DNA from: an uncultured virus (IMG/VR IMGVR_UViG_3300010429_002600) | Lineage: Duplodnaviria; Heunggongvirae; Uroviricota; Caudoviricetes | Direction: 5' to 3' (one strand) | DNA: 20,000 nucleotides | IMG/VR virus record: IMGVR_UViG_3300010429_002600 | In this document: piece by piece, positions 6,951 to 15,300 of the stretch | Position numbering within the stretch: the first letter of the stretch is position 1 | Layout of the letters: each line of letters opens with the position of its first letter | Program-made: the position numbers and the translations under genes | Notes under the pieces: generated by a model | What the model was told of the DNA's origin: nothing | Databases searched by the model: none | Seen by the model: only the letters and a program-made list of their open reading frames with translations

Positions 6951-7914
6951 AAACCTGTGGGATTTTAAAGATAGGGTTGATATGACCCGGCTCAACTTTC
7001 ACACCGCACCTTTAGCGGTGGAACTGGATTTGACAAACCAGTGTGGACATGATTGTCCATGGTGTTTGAATAAAGGATTTCGGTATAAGACACCAACTTC
7101 TTTAAAATCAAAGATAGTTTTTCCCCTATTGAAAGAGTTAAAGGAAATGGGTGTTGTTTTTATAGTCTTTTCCGGAGGAGGGGAACCGCTTCAGCATAAT
7201 CAGTTTCCCTTGTTCTTACAAAAAGCTATGGAACTGGGTCTTAAAACAGGACTGATAACTAATGGAGAAGGTCTTTTAAAGAACATTGAAACCATACGAA
7301 AATGTGATTTTGTGGAAATATCTCTGGATGCTGGAGGGTATGAAACACATAAGAAATTACATAAATCAGATCCCATGTCTTATTCAAATATAATTCAGGG
7401 AATAAAGAAACTTACAAATGTTACGGTTTCATTCCTTGCAAATGCCCAAAACTATTTCGAAATACCCCGGCTGATAGAATCGCTCTTAATTATAGGGGTA
7501 AAGAAACTACATATAAAACCTGCTATAATCAAGGGTTATACCTTATCAAAGCGGTTGGAAGATGAAATATTTGAAATGATAGAAAGTCAAAAAGAATTAT
7601 TATCCGGAGGAAAACTGGAGGTTTCTTTTGACCCTGAATATTTCCAGGAGTCTGAGAATATGAAATGTTTTTCTCAGGGATTAGTTTCTGTTGTATGTGC
7701 AGACAGTAATGTTTATCTCTGTCCATTTCTCAGGGGAAAAGCGAAATTTTCACTGGGAGATTTGAGAGAGCAGAGTTTTAAAGCAATCTGGGAAGGTGCG
7801 AAAAGAAAAGAAATATTTTCTCAATTAGATGTTTCCAGATGCCCCTCCTGTCGGTATAAAGAGTACAACAGAATAATAAATGCCCTTAACAGAAAGGAGA
7901 TGAATTATCTGTGA
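6925..7914 (+). CDS. Radical SAM enzyme with a C-terminal twitch/SPASM-type Fe-S domain
   Basis: LTNQCGHDCPWC (CxxxCxxC), SGGGEP, ITNG and ISLDA; C-terminal Cx17Cx39Cx2C with LGDLREQSFKAIW. Start is 6925 (GGAG at 6912-6915) or 6910. Confidence 0.93.
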   Translation: MKSLFAHFKNLWDFKDRVDMTRLNFHTAPLAVELDLTNQCGHDCPWCLNKGFRYKTPTSLKSKIVFPLLKELKEMGVVFIVFSGGGEPLQHNQFPLFLQKAMELGLKTGLITNGEGLLKNIETIRKCDFVEISLDAGGYETHKKLHKSDPMSYSNIIQGIKKLTNVTVSFLANAQNYFEIPRLIESLLIIGVKKLHIKPAIIKGYTLSKRLEDEIFEMIESQKELLSGGKLEVSFDPEYFQESENMKCFSQGLVSVVCADSNVYLCPFLRGKAKFSLGDLREQSFKAIWEGAKRKEIFSQLDVSRCPSCRYKEYNRIINALNRKEMNYL

Positions 7915-8489
7915 TTAATCCTGTTGAGATAAGCCCTGCATATATTACAGAAAAAGAATTTCGGGAATATCCTCACGAACTGGATCTCACTTCATATACA
8001 GGCCCACAACTTGAAACCCTGTTAAACCTGGCCGGTTACTGGGTGCAGGAGTATGTTGACCTGCCTTTTATTGTTCAAACCTGTGTGGATGAAAGAGTGG
8101 GAAATAATAAAGACACTTTTACACTCACTGCTCCTCCGAAAACACTTATATCCGTAAAAGAATATAATAGCGATAATTCCTATGATGTTATTGCAAACAG
8201 CGAGTTTATTCTTCTTCCGACAAGGGCTATTCGAAGAAAGAGTTCTTACTTCTTCTCAGAATATTTATATAAAGTTTCGTATCGTTCAGGAGAGCAGAAA
8301 ATACCGACAAAGGCCAGAACCGCAGTATATCTGTGCCTGATTGACTTCCTGAACTCTAAAGACTTCAGCACAATGAAGTCTATTAAAATAGACACCATCT
8401 TAATTAATTTTAGAACAAGGACAGGACCTATCCCGAAAGATGCAGAGTATCTTCTGGGAGAGTGGAAAATAAAATCAAAAATAATTTAA
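7911..8489 (+). CDS. Head-tail connector/adaptor protein
   Basis: GTGA overlap with the radical SAM stop; AAGGAG upstream. YITEKEF...LETLLNLAGYWVQEYVDLPF, KVSYRSG..KIP.KARTAV and IPKDAEYLLGEW fit gp6/gp15-type adaptors. Confidence 0.8.
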   Translation: MINPVEISPAYITEKEFREYPHELDLTSYTGPQLETLLNLAGYWVQEYVDLPFIVQTCVDERVGNNKDTFTLTAPPKTLISVKEYNSDNSYDVIANSEFILLPTRAIRRKSSYFFSEYLYKVSYRSGEQKIPTKARTAVYLCLIDFLNSKDFSTMKSIKIDTILINFRTRTGPIPKDAEYLLGEWKIKSKII

Positions 8490-8502
8490 GGAGGAAAAGA
8501 CA

Positions 8503-8847
8503 ATGCAGTTTGAAGGTGAATTAAATCTTACTTTAACAGATGGGGCAGATGAAGATACCCATACTTTTACAATAGATCAGACAACAGAGAAATTCCAGAA
8601 GTTAGGAAGTTATGAGGTTGCAGAGGGAGCAACCGATCAAGAATTAGATTTCACCGGATTAATCGCTACAGTAGAAGAACTCTGGCTTATTGCCAGCAAA
8701 CAGGTTACAGTGAAATTCGGAGCAGATACAGGAACCCCCCTAAAATTTGACAGATTCATTCTTTCAAAAACGTCTGTTACAAAATTGTTCTTTACAGATC
8801 ATCTTGCAAACGGGGATATAACCATTGATATTTACGCAGGAGGCTAA
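8503..8847 (+). CDS. Small acidic beta-rich protein, probably virion-associated
   Basis: AAGGAGG upstream; 114 aa, inside the neck cluster. No family recognised. Confidence 0.65.
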   Translation: MQFEGELNLTLTDGADEDTHTFTIDQTTEKFQKLGSYEVAEGATDQELDFTGLIATVEELWLIASKQVTVKFGADTGTPLKFDRFILSKTSVTKLFFTDHLANGDITIDIYAGG

Positions 8848-8849
8848 CT

Positions 8850-9470
8850 GTGGATAAGGTTGCAAAGATAGTTAAAAACATCAGCAGGAAGATAGGATCG
8901 CCCTATAACGTCTATAGCAAAGAGGGTGTTCTTCTTGGCACAGACTATAGTTTTGTTATGGGTATAAAACGGTCTGCAAATGAAAACATAGCTCAGTTTG
9001 GAAGAAGTGGATTGTTTCATTATCAGACACTTCTTCAGCCCGGGTGTATTGTTCAAGATGCTGTGGACACAGAAGAGAAGTTCATTGTATCTTCCAGAGT
9101 GGAGACAAAGATTCAGGGCGGTGTTTTGGTCTGGCAGGTGTATTTATTAAAGATAAATGTTACCGGAATTACTGCAACCAGAAGGGTTTTGAACATTATA
9201 GATGCAACACAGGCTGATTTTAACTATCTTGAAACTACAGTTTATACAGGAATACAGGGTTTTTTAAGAAAAGAAGATTGGACAATGGAAACCACAACCC
9301 CTATAGGAAGAGAGCAGAAAGGATATCTGGATTTCATTACTCCGGATATTTATACTCTTATTAAGGGGGACAGATTGACCATTGAAGAAAATTTATATAT
9401 AATTCAGGAGATAGTGACTTTCAAAAAAGAGGGGTATCTTCAAATCCAGTTAGGAATGGATGTGAAATAA
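8850..9470 (+). CDS. Probable head-closure (stopper) protein
   Basis: Position, plus two stopper-like beta-barrel signatures: LQPGCIVQD...KFIV and LIKGDRLTIEENLYIIQEI. Confidence 0.65.
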   Translation: MDKVAKIVKNISRKIGSPYNVYSKEGVLLGTDYSFVMGIKRSANENIAQFGRSGLFHYQTLLQPGCIVQDAVDTEEKFIVSSRVETKIQGGVLVWQVYLLKINVTGITATRRVLNIIDATQADFNYLETTVYTGIQGFLRKEDWTMETTTPIGREQKGYLDFITPDIYTLIKGDRLTIEENLYIIQEIVTFKKEGYLQIQLGMDVK

Positions 9471-10039
9471 TGGGAAAAGTAAGAGTAAGTATGTTAAATC
9501 CGAAATCTTTAAAGATTGCTTTGGAGTCTGAGTTTTTTGTGGACATGAACCGGCTACAGAAAAAATACGTGGCTGCAACAGACAATCTTTATAAGAATAC
9601 AAACTCTTATCCTGGAGATGTTGACATTCGTCTCTCCGGTGGAAACACTGTTGTTTCCGTAGATACTAAATTAATAAACACTATAGACGCTCATCACATC
9701 TATGCAGAAGGTGGAACAGGTATTTATATGCCCTCTGATTGGACTCCTGAAATGACAGAAAGGGCCATACAACCTGCAAACAGAACTATTCCGAGGCCGG
9801 GAAAATTGATTGGTCCACGTGGAAAAGGCTCTACCTGGACAGACCTTACAGGGAAACTCAGACATGGAGCAGATATCCTGAAAGGCGGAAGGAAAGTTGT
9901 CAAAGGTATACAGGGTAAATTCAGGCTGAAAGATACTACGGAAAAATTCTTAACAGTGGATAGGTTAAATAGATTTGCTCAACTTTTGTTAAATAAATCT
10001 TTCCGTAAAACTACAAGGCAGATGGTGATATTCAAATGA
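9470..10039 (+). CDS. HK97 gp10-like neck/tail-completion protein
   Basis: HHIYAEGGTGIY motif and C-terminal KGIQGKFRL; position between the stopper and terminator genes. Confidence 0.7.
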   Translation: MGKVRVSMLNPKSLKIALESEFFVDMNRLQKKYVAATDNLYKNTNSYPGDVDIRLSGGNTVVSVDTKLINTIDAHHIYAEGGTGIYMPSDWTPEMTERAIQPANRTIPRPGKLIGPRGKGSTWTDLTGKLRHGADILKGGRKVVKGIQGKFRLKDTTEKFLTVDRLNRFAQLLLNKSFRKTTRQMVIFK

Positions 10040-10509
10040 ACAATGCAATATACAGAGCAATTTATAGCAAACTCTCTACAGACGTAACCCTGTTAGGGTA
10101 TTTGGGGCTTACGGCAGAGTCCACAGACGCAGAGAAGTTTGAAAAGTTTTTAAAGAGAATTCCGACAGAATATATTAATCTTCCGAGAGTTCTTGTCCTT
10201 GCCTCTGTATATAGCAGGCCACATTTAGATATAAGGTTTTTTGATAAGAAAATAGTTCAAATACGGGTTCAAACAAAGGATTCAACAGGTTCGTTGAACT
10301 TTAAAATATTATCAAGAATAAGAGAATTGCTTGACGGGGAAACTCCTCAGATTCTTTCGACAGACAACATATCTTACTGGGATATGTTCGAGTGGGAACG
10401 GGAAGATCAGGCAGAAGTTCTTCACTCCGATGTCTATGATTACTTTAACGAGTACTGTATCACTTGCGCTCCGAGGGTGAATAAAAAACTCCTTCGTGAG
10501 ACTTCGTAA
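10036..10509 (+). CDS. Probable tail terminator protein
   Basis: ATGA overlap; NAIYRAIYSKLSTDVTLLGYLG, VQIRV and RIRELLD; directly precedes the tail tube gene. Confidence 0.7.
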   Translation: MNNAIYRAIYSKLSTDVTLLGYLGLTAESTDAEKFEKFLKRIPTEYINLPRVLVLASVYSRPHLDIRFFDKKIVQIRVQTKDSTGSLNFKILSRIRELLDGETPQILSTDNISYWDMFEWEREDQAEVLHSDVYDYFNEYCITCAPRVNKKLLRETS

Positions 10510-10525
10510 GGAAAGGAGATTTTAA

Positions 10526-11263
10526 ATGAAACTTTTAAGAGGAGTTGGACAAGCAAGAGCCAAGTTCACTGTTGGAACTGCCAGCAGGTTTATGACATTT
10601 GCGACAATGAAAGAAATTTCTTTGTCCATTTCGGCAGAAGATACCCGTCAGACGGGTGGAGATAAACTGTTCCCTCTCGACATTCTTACTCACACAAAAT
10701 CCGGAAGAATAAGAATAGTCGATGCACAGCTTATCATGGATGTATTTCAGTTGATGGGTGCTGGCACTGCTGCAACTGCTGGTAATATAATGGTCCCTGA
10801 AACATTAACTGTTTCAGGTGGAGCCATTACCACAACTGTCGCCTATGTTGCTGGCTCTGTTTCAATACTTGATGAAGACGGCAATCCTGTATGGACATTT
10901 ACAGAAGCAGGCGGAACGTCTATAACAGGTCTTGATAGTTCTCTGAATACCACTCAGGTTTCTGTTCTCTATGAAACGGCTGTATTTACTGATATAACAA
11001 AATTCACCCTCCATTCTGATGATGAGCCACTTTACTTTGAATTAACTCATATCTCGAATTTCAGAGATCCCCAGGACAATAAGATTAAGACATTCCAGAC
11101 CCATATCTATAGATGCCGTATGCTTGGCAATATCGAGTTTGGTTTTACCCATGGTGAATTTACTGCTCCTGCAATGGAGGCAGAAGTTCTCGATCCTGGC
11201 AGATCTGACAAAGCCATTCTTCATTATACCTTTGGAACAAGGCCCGTAGGTCTGGGTGGATAA
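10526..11263 (+). CDS. Major tail (tube) protein
   Basis: Strong SD; 245 aa, beta-rich. FQTHIYRCRMLGNIEFGFTHGEFTAPAMEAEVLD is tube-like. Upstream of the chaperones and tape measure; followed by a hairpin. Confidence 0.82.
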   Translation: MKLLRGVGQARAKFTVGTASRFMTFATMKEISLSISAEDTRQTGGDKLFPLDILTHTKSGRIRIVDAQLIMDVFQLMGAGTAATAGNIMVPETLTVSGGAITTTVAYVAGSVSILDEDGNPVWTFTEAGGTSITGLDSSLNTTQVSVLYETAVFTDITKFTLHSDDEPLYFELTHISNFRDPQDNKIKTFQTHIYRCRMLGNIEFGFTHGEFTAPAMEAEVLDPGRSDKAILHYTFGTRPVGLGG

Positions 11264-11272
11264 GGAAACTAT

Positions 11273-11296
11273 AGGGAGGGCCTTAAAACCCTCCCT
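11273..11296 (+). other. Inverted repeat/hairpin after the tail tube gene
   Basis: AGGGAGGG-CCTTAAAA-CCCTCCCT, a perfect 8-bp stem followed by an A-run rather than a U-tract. Confidence 0.65.
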
Positions 11297-11322
11297 TAAA
11301 AAAATATAAGGAGGAATTTTTT

Positions 11323-11898
11323 GTGGATAGTCTTTTAAGTATGGATCTAACTAAACAGTTGGAAAATTTCACACAGGCAGAGGAGGTAAGTATGCCCAAA
11401 ATGATGGGAGAGGATTCCGTCGTGTTTATTGAATATCGTAAGAACGATAAAGGGACATGTGACAAAATTGAACACCATGCCCTTCCTGTGGTTTATAAAG
11501 ACCTTAAAAAATTACAGGAGCTACAGGATAAGTTAGATGAATTAAAAAGAAAGTCAATCAATGATGTTCTTGGAAAGAATGAGGAACTTCAGAAATTACT
11601 GCCTCATTCGGAAGAGGAACGAATAGAGTTTGCAAAGAACCCTGAGAATTTAGCAAAGGCCACCGCTTTAGGTGATGAGTTAAAAACCATATCAAGAAAA
11701 TATAATGATGAAATGAATGAAATCCGCCTGGACATGGCTGTCCTTGTGTTTTCCAGAACAGGAGATTATACCAGAGAGCAGGTATCTAATTTTTTGGATA
11801 TACAACAGCTTCAGGCGTTTGAATATATAGCTTTCGGATTATCTGTCCCCCCAAAGCAATTACCGGGTGGGAGCCAGAAGAAGCAAAAGAAAAAATAA
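11323..11898 (+). CDS. Tail assembly chaperone (lambda gpG-like)
   Basis: GTG start with AAGGAGG at 11308-11314; helical and charged; first of two ORFs between the tube and tape measure genes. Confidence 0.8.
   Translation: MDSLLSMDLTKQLENFTQAEEVSMPKMMGEDSVVFIEYRKNDKGTCDKIEHHALPVVYKDLKKLQELQDKLDELKRKSINDVLGKNEELQKLLPHSEEERIEFAKNPENLAKATALGDELKTISRKYNDEMNEIRLDMAVLVFSRTGDYTREQVSNFLDIQQLQAFEYIAFGLSVPPKQLPGGSQKKQKKK
11850..11856 (+). promoter_or_regulatory. Programmed -1 frameshift slippery site C CCA AAG
   Basis: In-phase X XXY YYZ heptamer. The -1 frame is open from 11823 through the ATG at 11934 to the stop at 12305. Confidence 0.8.
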
Positions 11899-12305
11899 CA
11901 AAAGGTGACTGTGTATCAGCACATATCCTTTTAATGTTTTTGAAAATAGGTATAACACCCGATAAATTAAAGAACTGTGATTTGTGGCAATATTTCGGAT
12001 ATCTCTCTTCTGCAAAGATCCTGGCAATGAGAGAAGATATCATGGATGGATATATAAAGAGACTTACATGTTTAACTTTTTCAAATGTAATGGGTAAGGT
12101 AAAGAAATGTGATCAGACATCTCCTGAAGATTATTTTGCGTTTGAAAGGGAGATAAAAAAGGCATACACCGGAAAAGACAGTGATCCATTATCCGAAGAA
12201 GGCGAATATGTAAAAGACCCGGAAACGGGTGAAATGTTATGGGTGTATCACTGGGAAGGTCTTTTAGGGGTAAAGAAAGAAATAGGAAAAGCAGGGGGAA
12301 GGTGA
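11856..12305 (+). CDS. Tail assembly chaperone, gpT-like part of the G-T fusion
   Basis: Lies in the -1 frame relative to G; reads AITGWEPEEAKEKITKGDCVSAHILL-MFLKIG...; no SD before the ATG at 11934. Confidence 0.75.
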   Translation, partial: AITGWEPEEAKEKITKGDCVSAHILLMFLKIGITPDKLKNCDLWQYFGYLSSAKILAMREDIMDGYIKRLTCLTFSNVMGKVKKCDQTSPEDYFAFEREIKKAYTGKDSDPLSEEGEYVKDPETGEMLWVYHWEGLLGVKKEIGKAGGR

Positions 12306-12309
12306 AGAG

Positions 12310-15300
12310 ATGGCAAGCCCGTTCATTAAAGGCACTGTAGAAGTAGAACTGATAACAAGCAAGGTTCGGGAGGAATTAGCAGAATTAAATTCTCTTGTAA
12401 CAAAAACACTGAAAGAAATCGGGGCTACCCCACTCAAGATTGATATAACACTTCCCACTGGATTGTCCGGAGAATTAAGTACTTTGGCCCCGTCTCTTTC
12501 TGCTGTTTCAAAAGAACTAACTCTTTTTAATAAAGCAATGTCCGGGTTAAGTGCTGTAAATGCAGCAAAACTTAAAAATATAGCCTCTACATTAAGCCAG
12601 ATAGATAGTATAAAACTTCCTCAGATAACAGGCGGTGCAGATTTCGGAACATTTGCGAAGTCTGTTGGTATGCTTGGTAAAATTGACAGTGGTAAAATTG
12701 CTAATGAGCTTACAGGCATAGCAAACGCCATTGGTCAAATTAAATTTAATATCACCCCACAGCAGGTCGCACTTCTGGAAAGATTTGCCAATGCCCTTCA
12801 GTTATTGAAAAATGTCAGTCCTAATGCTCGTCTATATTCAAACTTACAAAAAATTAATCAGCAGTTAGCAAAGCAGGTGTCACAGCAAGAGAAGATAAAT
12901 CAACAGCAAAAACAGTCCCAGGATATACTTGGCCGTATCGGGGGCGGAATTGTTGGAATGGTAAAAGATTTCGGCCAGATGATTGTCCAGCAGGCCACCT
13001 ATGCGGCAGTATGGACTGTAATCTTTGGAACTATCCAGGGCATTAAAAATACTATTCGTGAGGGCGTTGATCTCTTCAAAGAACTGGATAAAGGCGTTGG
13101 TCGTGTTCTTGCCACTGGATTATCAGCAGAACAGGCACAAAACGCTTTTACGGAAATGTTAGGTCCTGATGCAATAAAAGGAGGAAAAGAATATACAGAT
13201 AGCCTCCGTCAAATAGTTCAGCTTCAGGCATTAGCCTTTTCCACAAAGTATTCTGCCTCTCTTGAAGAATATACAAATGCTATGTATGAGTTGGTTTCCG
13301 CAAATATTGAAATGGGTAATGCCCTTGACTTTACAGATACTTCAATGAAACTGGCTCTTGCAACCCAGGCTGATATTCAGGAAACCACCAGAAGCATGGC
13401 AGGTCTTTATAATATCTTTGGAGATACTATTAAAGATGTTTCTACAGAACAGGAAAAATTTCAGCAAATATCAAATGTGGTCTTATATACGTGGTCAAAA
13501 GAACAGATGGAACTTACTGAGTTAAATACAGCATTGAAATATTCCGGTAATGTGGCAAGATTGGCAGGAGTTGACTATAAACTTCTCGTCACAATGATAG
13601 GACATTTGAATACATATTTAATCAGGAGTTCTACAGCAGGAACAGGTTTTAGAGCGTTCTTGGCCGAGAGTGGTAAAGACATTAAGGGCGTTGCTGATTT
13701 AGCAATGCAATTAGGCCCGGATCTGGATGAGGTTAAAACAAAATTTAACCTTGCATTTAACCCTAATGCCCCGGCTGATGTTTTGGGTGTTTTGAAAGTA
13801 TTAAGGGAAAGGGTTATTGATTACGCAAAAGACACAGGCGAGTCTGGAGAAAAGATTAAATTAACTCTTGGTCAAATAGGTAAGTTTATGGAGGCATACG
13901 GACTGAGGGCCGGTAACGTAGTGGCTCAATTAGTCCTGACTCTCCCTGAACTGGAAAAGAAATATAAGAATGTTCTTGATCTCCAGGATGATTATATAGA
14001 TAGTTTTGTAAGATTAAATCAACTGAATGTTTCGGATCAGTTTAATATATTAACCCGGAACCTCAAATTAGTTCCTGCTGCTTTCCTTCTTGGCATGGAA
14101 CATGGGAAAGATTTTGCCATTGCTCTTGAAAGTATAAATGCTGGATTTGAGGCAATTATTCAGACTATTTATAAATGGGGAATGTCTTTTTCTAAATATT
14201 GGGGAGATGCGGCTGATTTGATTGCAGAAAATCAACCGATAATTGATGAGGTTATTTCTGAATTTTTTGAATGGGGTAAAATCCTGGGGGAAACTGTTGT
14301 CAACATCATTGGCTTGGTTTCTGTGTTAAGCCCGGTCCTTTCACTTTTAAATGATTTTCTTAAAATTATAATAAGTTTATCAAATGCCCTTGTTGCTTTT
14401 GGCCTTATCGTTGCAAACGTGTTTACAAGTTTTGGCGAAATTATTATTGCCGCCGTAAGACTTATTGCCGATTCTATAGGTTCTGTCATTGAATATCTTC
14501 AGCAAGCAGGACAGCTAATGCGGATGCAAAAAGAAAACTTTGATAATTTTCTTTTGGGGAAAAAACAGCATTATTCTTATTCAACCCTAAAAGGATTTTT
14601 TGAGGATATGAACGATCAGTGGGATAAATCCTCAATTTTTGCCGAAGCATCTTTTGAAGATGCCTTAAATAATATTGCTAAAAAAGGAAGGTTTACCTTT
14701 AAGCTTTTGGGAGAGAACTTTTGGGATTCTTTAGGAAGTTTAGCGGGAGCATCCGGTGCCGATCAATTTTCAATTACTTTAGAGAGCTTAAAAGATAAAT
14801 TTTTTGGGTTGTCTACAATACCTAAAGATATTTTAGATGCTATTATCAAAACCTCCAGGGGTTCAGAGGCAGAAATGGAAAGAGTCAACAATTTTATGCG
14901 AGCCTTTGGACAAGAATTTGTTGAATTTGATATTAATTCAAAGAAATTTGAAGAAGATTTAGACGGTATTATTCGAACCATTCAGGATGAAGCAATGATG
15001 GCCGCCTCTACGGATTTAGCCTCCGGCATTTCAGTGCTGGTGGATGGTATGCAGAAGGCTTATAAGGGTGTTCGAGTGGCCTATGCGGGAGAAAGTCCTT
15101 TTATTAAAGAAATGGCAAATGCCGAGAAGTTCAGGGGGGCATTGACAAATCTTACAGAGGAGTACAATGCAACCTTATATAAACTATATAAAAAGGCGGC
15201 TGATATGCCGGATTGGTTGCCGGGTGCAGGGGAAAATACGAAAAAAGGATTAGGTTGGTTGGGCCTTGAACTTACCCCGGAGGCAGTTGCAGAGGGCAAG

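Noticed and set aside
4979..7914. Classical Gtr-like serotype-conversion moron
   Set aside because: No membrane flippase or transferase, no separate promoter/terminator pair, and the genes overlap structural genes. Host LPS modification by soluble enzymes is not fully excluded.
10036..12305. Contractile tail or PBSX-like particle, suggested by the XkdF-like protease
   Set aside because: No sheath gene between the terminator and tube genes and no baseplate J/wedge genes are seen.
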